Counted from the first letter of the stretch, positions 1-7,423 are shown. The stretch: DNA of 12,725 bases from Candidatus Hodarchaeota archaeon (GCA_048886685.1 JBHLKM010000037.1:1-12725); one strand, 5' to 3'. Notes: generated by a model not told the origin, from the sequence alone. Translations and numbers: made by a program.

Positions 1-1
1 T

Positions 2-79
2 TTAATTCGAAATGCAATTAGACGAGAGCTAAACCTTGAAGAACAAGAAGGTCAAAAACTTGTATATGTTATAAAATGA
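2..79 (+). CDS. 3' end of a gene running in from the left edge (partial, unknown product)
   Basis: Frame +2 is open from the window edge: LIRNAIRRELNLEEQEGQKLVYVIK, then TGA at 77-79. Composition is protein-like; converges on 306..1019. Confidence 0.6.
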   Translation, partial: LIRNAIRRELNLEEQEGQKLVYVIK

Positions 80-147
80 AATTTTGTTTTATCTACTAAA
101 ATAATCCGTTTCCAAGTTTTTGAAGTATAATGCAAATTATAAAAATA

Positions 148-281
148 AAAAAAAGATATATAGAATGGAGGAAAATTGTTTAGATGTGGTCATTCGAGAA
201 GCCATTTGCCCCAAAAATTTCCTCCTTTTTCTATATTGTAATTTAGAGATTTCAACCCTCATTTGATATATCTCCTTTAAT
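148..281 (-). ncRNA. Conserved structured 3' element, copy 1 (multi-stem RNA with terminal U-tract; putative regulatory RNA or terminator)
   Basis: ~87% identical to 1104-1237. Long imperfect hairpin at 158-236 (AUAUAGAA/UUCUAUAU, GGAGGAAAUU/AAUUUUCCUCC, UUUGG/CUAAA, UGG/CCA). Possible closing stem AAAGGAGAU/AUCUUUUUU with G-U pairs on the - strand. Followed by a U-rich tract. Begins ~25 nt after the stop of 306..1019. Confidence 0.6.
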
Positions 282-305
282 TAGCTTTCTAATGATTTTC
301 TGTAT

Positions 306-1019
306 CTAATGGAAATTTATGTTAGTTATTAATGTTATCTCAAGCAAACCAAGGAAGTTATAATATGGATTAGGCCCTGTATAATCTGCACCTACTTTAA
401 CGATAAAGCTAATTACATGCATTTTTCCTGTGTCTCCCGCTTCCCAACCGTCGTATGAATTTAGAAACTCGCCTGTTGCATGGCCACACAAGAAAACTGA
501 TTCGAAGGTGCCAAGTTCCCAGACATAATAGTCCCATGGGCGATATATAATATTTCCATCCTCGTCATAGTCATCAGGTCCAAGTGTATCTAAGTCAATA
601 GTAAATTGTAACTCATATGTAAAGTCCATTACTCCTGTAAATATTGGTGTAGCCATTGGAATTGGAAGGACAAAATTTGTAATATAGAATGGAACATCTT
701 TTGCACGCATATGGACGGTAACTAGCAAAATATTATCTTTTAGTTCTCTTTCAATTACATATCCTTTAGGATTGTAGTCTAATGCGGAGGCCCAATGTGG
801 AATTGTTGGATCATCAAGAAAAGTCCATATAAGTAGACCATTATCATAATCTGGCATTGCTCCTAGGGAGTGTCGTACAACAGGAGCTAACCAATCCTCT
901 ATTGGTCTTATAATTGTTTTTCTTTTTCCGCTATCTGCTGCAGCTGCTGGGATGAAACTCAAAAGGACAGTTATTGCTATTACCACTAATACTAATCTTT
1001 TTATGTTCGATCTTTTCAT
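306..1019 (-). CDS. Secreted hypothetical protein, paralog A (237 aa, signal peptide, DxDxDG loop)
   Basis: Basic N-terminus, hydrophobic stretch and AAA cleavage motif (MKRSNIKRLVLVVIAITVLLSFIPAAAA). GAGTTGA RBS-like motif before ATG. Shares motifs with 1245..1898. Confidence 0.9.
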   Translation of the reverse strand: MKRSNIKRLVLVVIAITVLLSFIPAAAADSGKRKTIIRPIEDWLAPVVRHSLGAMPDYDNGLLIWTFLDDPTIPHWASALDYNPKGYVIERELKDNILLVTVHMRAKDVPFYITNFVLPIPMATPIFTGVMDFTYELQFTIDLDTLGPDDYDEDGNIIYRPWDYYVWELGTFESVFLCGHATGEFLNSYDGWEAGDTGKMHVISFIVKVGADYTGPNPYYNFLGLLEITLITNINFH

Positions 1020-1047
1020 TTTTATATCAACTCTAAATTTTGTTTTT
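1020..1047 (-). promoter_or_regulatory. Conserved 5' leader / RBS region of paralog A
   Basis: AAAAACAAAATTTAGAGTTGATATAAAA-ATG; 25/28 identical to 1899-1926. GAGTTGA resembles the archaeal SD GAGGTGA. Confidence 0.6.
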
Positions 1048-1103
1048 TCTTTTTTGTTTTTTCTTTAAATGATATCATGGCACCTGTTTATACAGTAAAA
1101 AAT

Positions 1104-1237
1104 AAAAAAAGATATATAGAATGGAGGAAAATTGGTCTAGGTGTGGTTAATCGAGAAGCCATTTATCTAAACACTTCTTCCTTTTTCTATATTTAAATTT
1201 AGAGATTTTAATCCTCATTTGATATTTCTCCTTTAAT
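1104..1237 (-). ncRNA. Conserved structured 3' element, copy 2
   Basis: ~87% identical to 148-281, with the first 31 nt identical. The hairpin is retained (AUAUAGAA/UUCUAUAU, AGGAAGA/UUUUCCU, GUUUAG/CUAGAC, UGG/CCA) plus the U-tract. Starts 7 nt after the stop of 1245..1898. Confidence 0.6.
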
Positions 1238-1244
1238 CTTAGTT

Positions 1245-1898
1245 TTAGCCTACTTGATAAACATTTAATATTTCATAAGGCCAGATCTCTTCGCCTTTTT
1301 GATTTACATACCAAGTTTGGAATAGAAATACTCCAGCTTCTTTATATGGAGTAAATCCGAAGTCCCCAGCATGTTCCGTGAATGTTCCAGAGGCAAAACC
1401 AATTACCATTCCTGATATCCATTCACTTATACCAAATTGGAAAGGTATCTCTTGATTAGGTCCAGGAAGGATAAATTTAAATATTGCATAAAAATCCATT
1501 CTAGTATTTTCAATAATATCCTCGGGCCATGGCCCTCCCCCGAAATAATCAAAAAATTCTTGTAATCGATAAACCGATCTAGGGCTATTTTTCCCAAAAA
1601 TGTAGACAGTGAGTTCAGCTCGTTTTTTATTCAATACCTCTTCACGTATATAGCCACCATATTCACCATCATCTGCAACGTCAAAATTAGGGCGTATTAT
1701 CCAACCTTCTGGGAGAAGATCCCAATTGGTAGTATATCCTAAAAGCACACGAGGATTATTTAAGGTCCAATCACTAAAAGGTCTATAAGTCACATAGCTT
1801 TTATAACCATACGCGTTTGGCATTGCTGGGAAACATAAAAAAAAGAGACCTACTACTAGAAGTCCATAGAATATTTTTACTTTTTTAGTTTTATTCAT
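1245..1898 (-). CDS. Secreted hypothetical protein, paralog B (217 aa, signal peptide)
   Basis: MNKTKKVKIFYGLLVVGLFFLCFPAMPNAYG signal peptide. Motifs RPFSDW, GYIREE, MDFY and GFASGTF match RPIEDW, GYVIER, MDFT and GHATGEF of paralog A in the same order. Confidence 0.9.
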   Translation of the reverse strand: MNKTKKVKIFYGLLVVGLFFLCFPAMPNAYGYKSYVTYRPFSDWTLNNPRVLLGYTTNWDLLPEGWIIRPNFDVADDGEYGGYIREEVLNKKRAELTVYIFGKNSPRSVYRLQEFFDYFGGGPWPEDIIENTRMDFYAIFKFILPGPNQEIPFQFGISEWISGMVIGFASGTFTEHAGDFGFTPYKEAGVFLFQTWYVNQKGEEIWPYEILNVYQVG

Positions 1899-1926
1899 TT
1901 TTATTTCAACTCTGAATTTTATTTTT
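1899..1926 (-). promoter_or_regulatory. Conserved 5' leader / RBS region of paralog B
   Basis: AAAAATAAAATTCAGAGTTGAAATAAAA-ATG; 25/28 identical to 1020-1047. Confidence 0.6.
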
Positions 1927-1964
1927 AAATTTTTTTCATTTCTTACGGTATTATAGCGCTTTTA

Positions 1965-1991
1965 ATTAAGTGAACAAAATTTCCACTTAAT
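1965..1991. promoter_or_regulatory. Inverted repeat ATTAAGTG-N11-CACTTAAT in the divergent intergenic region (candidate operator or 5' UTR hairpin)
   Basis: Perfect 8-bp arms at 1965-1972 and 1984-1991, between the secreted-protein pair and the divergent wHTH regulator. Confidence 0.35.
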
Positions 1992-2193
1992 GATTGAACG
2001 TGCCATAACAATATAAAAACAGAACGTTACATATTTAAATATTATGATCAGATTTTTATACTTTAAAAAAATATGTATTATTTAGGATTAAAATTTAATA
2101 ACGTTTTATGAAATTTCTTATAAACATTTTAAATTATAGGGATAAAAAAGTGGTATTTAGGGAAATAATTAAGACTTAGATAAATTATTAGTA

Positions 2194-2952
2194 TTGAATT
2201 CAGAAAAGGGTGTGGAAGATAAATTGAATGGAAAAAAAAATAATATTCATGAAGGGGAATGGGATAAATTAATAGCTAAACATAAATTACGATTCGACAT
2301 TTGGGCTATCCTTGAACTTTATACAGAATTAAATGTAACTCAAATTACTCATTATTTAGAACATAGTAAATCCACTATTGCTAGACATCTTAAGTCAATG
2401 GAACAAGATGGTCTTCTCGTATCTAGGATAGGAGAACAACCTGTAAAAGGAAGAATACCACCAAAGATCTATAGAATTAATCCAAAGTATAAAGAAGAGG
2501 ATATAGATATGGAAGAAAAGGATTTTTCAGAAGATCCTGAGAAACTTCACCAATTTTACAAAAGAGAGATCAATAACTATCGAAAGTTAAGTTATAATAT
2601 TACACAGCTACTTGATTATTTAGATCCGTTTTTAGATCTTCTTCAAGACCAGTTAGTAGATATTACAAAAGCGAAAAATACCTATGATGAATATTTGTCA
2701 TACATAGATGAGCCAGTTTTTTTATATTTTGATAAAAAACGGGCTCGAAAACTTATGGATTTACGTACAGAATATGTTTTCAAATTGCATAGACTCGCTA
2801 TGGAAGAAGAGTTAAATACTGAAGAGGCTTTTGTATATTTTGATATGTCTTTACCCCTTGCTGCGCTATTTGAATTAAAAAGGAAAATTAAGCGAGCTCG
2901 AATAGATGAGCAACTGATAGTTAAATTAGAAACCTTAATCAATAACGTTTAA
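2194..2952 (+). CDS. ArsR-like winged helix-turn-helix transcriptional regulator with helical C-terminal domain
   Basis: HKLRFDIWAILELYTELNVTQITHYLEHSKSTIARHLKSMEQDGLLVS...PKIYRIN matches the ArsR/HTH_20 pattern. TTG start is uncertain. Confidence 0.85.
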   Translation: MNSEKGVEDKLNGKKNNIHEGEWDKLIAKHKLRFDIWAILELYTELNVTQITHYLEHSKSTIARHLKSMEQDGLLVSRIGEQPVKGRIPPKIYRINPKYKEEDIDMEEKDFSEDPEKLHQFYKREINNYRKLSYNITQLLDYLDPFLDLLQDQLVDITKAKNTYDEYLSYIDEPVFLYFDKKRARKLMDLRTEYVFKLHRLAMEEELNTEEAFVYFDMSLPLAALFELKRKIKRARIDEQLIVKLETLINNV

Positions 2953-2980
2953 GGTTAATAATTTTATTAAATTCCGTATT

Positions 2981-3096
2981 GTTCTCGCTTTATATAAACT
3001 TTATATAGAGGAAGATTTAAATACTGAAGAAACTTTTGTTTATTTTGACATATCTCTACCTCTAGTTGCTCTATTTGATTAAAAGGAATAATTAAA
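2981..3096 (+). pseudogene. Truncated duplicate of the C-terminus of the 2194..2952 regulator
   Basis: VLALYKLYIEEDLNTEETFVYFDISLPLVALFD* aligns to VFKLHRLAMEEELNTEEAFVYFDMSLPLAALFEL (2776-2892). No start codon; a 1-nt loss (GAATTA to GATTA) creates a stop. Confidence 0.8.
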
Positions 3097-3151
3097 ACCG
3101 AAATGAAAATAATATTAAAAAGTTATTAAAAATTGCCACAGGCTCAAATTC

Positions 3152-4576
3152 ATGTTACATCCAATTACGAACGAGTTATCTCAAGCAAAAAGGTTAATGA
3201 ATGAGAGTAAATTTAAAGAAGCTATAGAAGTTATTAATAAGCTTGAGGATAAAAAAGATCTTACACTTCAAGATCAATTCGAAATCCACCATCTTAAGAG
3301 TTCTCTCCTTTCTGAAATTGGATATTTTAATGAAGCTCTTAAATATGTTGAATTAGCTCATAAAGAAAGTCAACAAATGAAAAGGGATCTTCAAATAATT
3401 AATGTCCTAATTTCCAAGAGTAGCCTTCTACTTAGATTAACTAGGCTAAACGAAGCACTAAGGACTATTATTAAAGCTGAACAAATACTAAAAAAGATCA
3501 ATCAAGTATCATCAAAAGAATACAAAGAGAAATATGCATCTTTAATTTTACTTAAAGGACACTATCATTGGAACATGGGTGATTTCAATCGTTCTCTAGA
3601 GTATGCTCATGAGGTTTTAGCTATTGCTAAAGAAATTAAAAATGATATACTTAAATTATCCGCAGCAAGGCTGTTTGCTTTTAATTATGGGCTTAAAGGT
3701 GAATATGGACGCAATCTCGAAAATACTAAACGTTATTTAGCACTTGCAAAGAAGGTAAATGATAAACAAGCGATAATTGGTGCACTTAATAGTTTGGGAA
3801 TTATGCTCACTGAAAAAAACGAGTTTAATCAAGCATTAGGTTATCTGAAGCAAGGATTATCAATATGTGATGAAATTAATAGTTTTAAAAAAGCCGCGGT
3901 TCTTAGCTCTCTTCTTGATTTATATCTGGAAATGAATAATCTTGATGAAGCACATCAATGCTTAGATCGAATAAAACAAATCAAAAATCAAGAAAATATT
4001 AAGTGGTATAATGATCTTTATCAGCTTGAAAAGGCAGGATTGTTGAAAAAGAAACCACAAGACATCAATCACCTTAAGGCAAAGGAAATATATAAACAAA
4101 TTGTTAATGAAGAGGATACATTTATTGAGTTCTATTACGTTTCCCTAATAAATCTGTGTGATTCATATTTAAAAGAATTACATAAAACAAATGATTTAAA
4201 AGTATTAGATGAGATTCAACCTTATATTAAACGATTAATGAATATCGCCAAAAGTCAAAACTCTTTCTTGTTACTTGCTGAAGGTTATTTATTTCAGGCA
4301 AAATTGAAACTAATAATCTTCGAATTTAGGGAAGCTGAAGATTTTTTAACTCAAGCATTAATTACTGCTGAAAGGTATGGTCAAGACCTGTTGGTTAAGC
4401 GAATAATAAATGAGCAGGGTGAATTATCAAAAAATTTTATCAAATGGAAAAAATTAAAAGATACAGGAGCAAATGTGTCAGATCGTATGGATTTAGCCCG
4501 CATAGATGAACAGATCGAACTTCTACTCCAAAAGCGTAAATATTTAAAGAGTATTAAAATATTTCATGAATCATGA
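3152..4576 (+). CDS. Tetratricopeptide-repeat (TPR) protein, 474 aa
   Basis: Repeated TPR-type helices (GYFNEALKYVELA, KGHYHWNMGDFNRSLEYAHEVLAIAKE, ALNSLGIMLTEKNEFNQALGYLKQGLSI). Confidence 0.9.
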   Translation: MLHPITNELSQAKRLMNESKFKEAIEVINKLEDKKDLTLQDQFEIHHLKSSLLSEIGYFNEALKYVELAHKESQQMKRDLQIINVLISKSSLLLRLTRLNEALRTIIKAEQILKKINQVSSKEYKEKYASLILLKGHYHWNMGDFNRSLEYAHEVLAIAKEIKNDILKLSAARLFAFNYGLKGEYGRNLENTKRYLALAKKVNDKQAIIGALNSLGIMLTEKNEFNQALGYLKQGLSICDEINSFKKAAVLSSLLDLYLEMNNLDEAHQCLDRIKQIKNQENIKWYNDLYQLEKAGLLKKKPQDINHLKAKEIYKQIVNEEDTFIEFYYVSLINLCDSYLKELHKTNDLKVLDEIQPYIKRLMNIAKSQNSFLLLAEGYLFQAKLKLIIFEFREAEDFLTQALITAERYGQDLLVKRIINEQGELSKNFIKWKKLKDTGANVSDRMDLARIDEQIELLLQKRKYLKSIKIFHES

Positions 4577-4797
4577 AGAAATGCTATAATAACGGCAATC
4601 TGCATATTCTGAATTTTGTAATTTCTCAAATCTAAAATACCAATGTAAATTGATATTTTTTGTACCCGAGATTTATTAAAAATAAAATTATTATCGAAAA
4701 ATCATTAAAAGCCTTCATACATAGAATAATTATTTTATACTCAATAAATGTTAAGTTCTAATTGAAGTATGGACAATCATTACATAGGTGAGTAAAT

Positions 4798-6951
4798 ATA
4801 CCAACCGTCGCATGTTCAACATCTTTTTGTGAAGAAAATGAGGAGGAACTAGAGGAAGAATCTTTTTTTGAAGAATATTTTTGGTACTTCCTTATACCGG
4901 CAGGGCTAATATTAGGACTCTCAATTTTTATAGAAATAGCTTTTGAATTGATATTTGTTGATCAAATTTTAGCTATTGTGTCAATTTTTCTTTCAAGTTC
5001 AGGGGTGATAAAAGAAGCAATTGAAGATGTTAAAAATAAAAGAATTACTGCAAATATTTTGATGTTGATAGCCGCAATTGCCTCATTTTTTATCTTTCAT
5101 GGTCAAGAGGGGGCAACAGCATTGTTTTTATATGCAATAGCAGAAAGATTAGAAGAAATAACTGCTGTAAAATCTAAAAATGCCATCAAAGAACTACTAG
5201 AATTAGCCCCTGATGATGCTTTATTGAAAACCGAAAATGGATATCAAAATGTACCATCTAGAGAAATCAAAATTGGAAATATAGTAGGGATAAAACCCGG
5301 GATGAAGGTTCCATTGGATGGAGCGATTGTTAAGGGAAGTTCCTATTTTGATGAAAGTGCGATAACAGGGGAATCTGTACCGGTTTTTAAAAAAGAAGGA
5401 GATGAAATTTTTGCAGCGAGTCTAAATTCAGATAGTTTTGTGGATATTGAAGTTACTCGAGAAAGTACAAATACAATTGTGGCTCAAATTGCTGAGAGTG
5501 TAAAAATTGCTCAACAAAATAAAAGTGAACATGAGAGATTTATTGAAAAATTTGCGAAATATTATACACCAATTATTATTTTATCATCTATTTTTGTTAT
5601 TTTAGTGCCTCTTATATTTAGTTTAAACTTCTATGATTGGTTTTATCGCGGATTAGTGCTTTTAGTAGTATCTTGCCCTTGTGCTCTCACATTGTCAACT
5701 CCCTTAGCAAATATCGCATCTTTAACGAAACAAGCAAGAGAAGGAATTTTAGTGAAAGGGAATAAATTTATTGAAAAAATTCAAGAAATCGAAGTGTTTG
5801 CGTTTGATAAAACAGGTACTCTAACTGAAGGTAACTTAAAGCTATTTGACATTTATGCTTATAACGGAGCGAATAAGTCAGATATTATTACAATTGCAGC
5901 TAGCTTGGAATCTCTCTCAGAGCACCCAATTGGAAAAACAATAGTTAACCAAGCAAAAGATATGGGATTATCATTCCAGCCTGTTGATAATTTTGAAGTA
6001 ATTAAAGGAAAAGGAATAAAAGGAAAAATAAATGGTGAAATATTTTATGTCGGGAGTCATAGCTTTATCGAAGAATTAAACTATAATTTACCTACTGATG
6101 ATATAAAAGAAATCGAAGAATCAGGTACGATTCCAATTCTGTTAGGAAATACACAAAACTTATTAGGTATTCTTTCTATCCGAGATGTACTAAGAGTTTC
6201 AGCACCAATTCTAATAAATGGCCTAAAAAAGAGAGGATATGAAACCATTTTAATATCAGGTGATAATCAAAAAGTGTGTGATTCAATAGGAGCTTGTTTA
6301 AGTATGGATCATGCATATGGTGAACAATTACCTGATCAAAAACTCCAAGAGATCCAAGATTTGAAAAAACAATATAATGGAGTAGCGATGGTTGGTGATG
6401 GGATAAATGATGCTCCAGCGCTAGCACTTTCAGATTTGGGAATAGCAATAGGGGCATCTGCTACTGATATAACATTAGAAACTGCAGATATCATTATTAT
6501 TAATGATGATTTAAAGAAAATCCTTACTTATGTCGATATTGCGAAAAAAACTAATAGAAAAATAAAACAAAATATATGGACTTCAATAATCGTAAAACTT
6601 TCTTTTGCCATTTTAACAGTCATAGGTCTAATGAATCTATGGATTGCTGTAGGAATTGGAGATATGGGTATTTCAATTATTGTGCTTTTCAATAGTCTTT
6701 CAATCTTTAGATTCAGGTTCCAATATAAGGATATCTCTAAAGAAGAATTAGAGAATGAGGCTAAGTTAGTTATATGTGAAAGTTGTTTAACTAAAGATAT
6801 TATTCCGCAACATCATGGTCGAGATATGATTCAGAAAGGAGATAAGTTAGTTTGCTGGAAAAATATCATAAGTAGTGATGATTTGGAAACTTGCTATGAG
6901 GAGCTACCACTCCATTGTCCTTATTGTCAAAATAAGATGGAATTACAATAG
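4798..6951 (+). CDS. zntA: Heavy-metal P1B-type ATPase, Zn/Cd/Pb (ZntA/CadA) subtype, with Cys/His-rich C-terminal extension
   Basis: TGES, CPC, DKTGTLT, SEHP, GDGINDAPALA motifs; Lys in QNIWTSIIVK and Asp in GDMG fit P1B-2. The frame is open from 4792. Start placed at ATA 4798 after AGGTGA; the ORF track start is TTG 4948. Confidence 0.92.
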   Translation: MPTVACSTSFCEENEEELEEESFFEEYFWYFLIPAGLILGLSIFIEIAFELIFVDQILAIVSIFLSSSGVIKEAIEDVKNKRITANILMLIAAIASFFIFHGQEGATALFLYAIAERLEEITAVKSKNAIKELLELAPDDALLKTENGYQNVPSREIKIGNIVGIKPGMKVPLDGAIVKGSSYFDESAITGESVPVFKKEGDEIFAASLNSDSFVDIEVTRESTNTIVAQIAESVKIAQQNKSEHERFIEKFAKYYTPIIILSSIFVILVPLIFSLNFYDWFYRGLVLLVVSCPCALTLSTPLANIASLTKQAREGILVKGNKFIEKIQEIEVFAFDKTGTLTEGNLKLFDIYAYNGANKSDIITIAASLESLSEHPIGKTIVNQAKDMGLSFQPVDNFEVIKGKGIKGKINGEIFYVGSHSFIEELNYNLPTDDIKEIEESGTIPILLGNTQNLLGILSIRDVLRVSAPILINGLKKRGYETILISGDNQKVCDSIGACLSMDHAYGEQLPDQKLQEIQDLKKQYNGVAMVGDGINDAPALALSDLGIAIGASATDITLETADIIIINDDLKKILTYVDIAKKTNRKIKQNIWTSIIVKLSFAILTVIGLMNLWIAVGIGDMGISIIVLFNSLSIFRFRFQYKDISKEELENEAKLVICESCLTKDIIPQHHGRDMIQKGDKLVCWKNIISSDDLETCYEELPLHCPYCQNKMELQ

Positions 6952-7423
6952 TACCTTATGAAAATTTGGAGATACTCAATATCATCAGTGGATAAAAACT
7001 CGTGTAAAATTTTAAAGTCTTTTCTCTCAAACTCATGTTCTATGATCTGTTTATAGTCCTCTTTCCCTTTCTTTTTTATATAAACTTTTCCGATGATTTC
7101 TTGAGCGAAGGTAAATTCATTAAGTGCCTACATTTTTATAAACGCAGTAATATCACGGAGATCTAATATCCTTAAGTTAAATTCCATTGAGATGATATCC
7201 ATTCGGATGTTTTCTTTGGTATGTGGGTTTTTTACTAGTTATTCTAATCGTTGGAGCTTTAATCCATCTAAAACACAAAATAGCGATCTTCAAAAAGGAG
7301 TTTTAGTTCTTCCTTGGTGGTAATTATGTGAGATTTTTTTGTTGGAGAAGGAGACATGCCAGGAGAATAGGTAGTAACACTTGTAGAAAGCTCCCCTTTT
7401 TGAAGAATCTAAAAAAAGATCAT
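6927..7423 (-). pseudogene. Decayed protein-coding gene (several stops and a frameshift)
   Basis: Reads MIFF*ILQKGELSTSVTTYSPGMSPSPTKKSHIITTKEELKLLFEDRYF/[frameshift]CVLDGLKLQRLE*LVKNPHTKENIRMDIISMEFNLRILDLRDITAFIKM*ALNEFTFAQEIIGKVYIKKKGKEDYKQIIEHEFERKDFKILHEFLSTDDIEYLQIFIRYYCNSILF*. Confidence 0.5.

Noticed and set aside
148-1237. SECIS elements
   Set aside because: The preceding genes have no in-frame TGA and end in TAG and TAA; no convincing AUGA/GA quartet in the long stem.
148-1237. Integron attC sites or CRISPR repeats
   Set aside because: No RYYYAAC...GTTRRRY boxes and no integrase; only two long copies ~1 kb apart, with no spacer periodicity or cas genes.
2682-2942. 86-aa - strand ORF
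   Set aside because: Antisense shadow inside the regulator gene; Ser-rich, no motif.
2800-3096. Diversity-generating retroelement VR/TR pair
   Set aside because: Mismatches are not adenine-specific (only 5 of 13 have A in the putative TR), are mostly synonymous, and no reverse transcriptase is in the window.
4762-4791. Selenocysteine read-through of TGA 4789 extending the ATPase
   Set aside because: The TGA is part of the AGGTGA SD-like motif; the upstream nine codons are unremarkable and no SECIS was seen.
6176-6457. 93-aa - strand His/Leu-rich ORF
   Set aside because: Antisense to the conserved ATPase P-domain; composition is explained by the sense codons.
7128-7130. Pyrrolysine/amber read-through at the in-frame TAG
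   Set aside because: The same reading path has another TAG, a TAA and a frameshift; TAG is a normal stop for several genes here; no pyl genes in the window.
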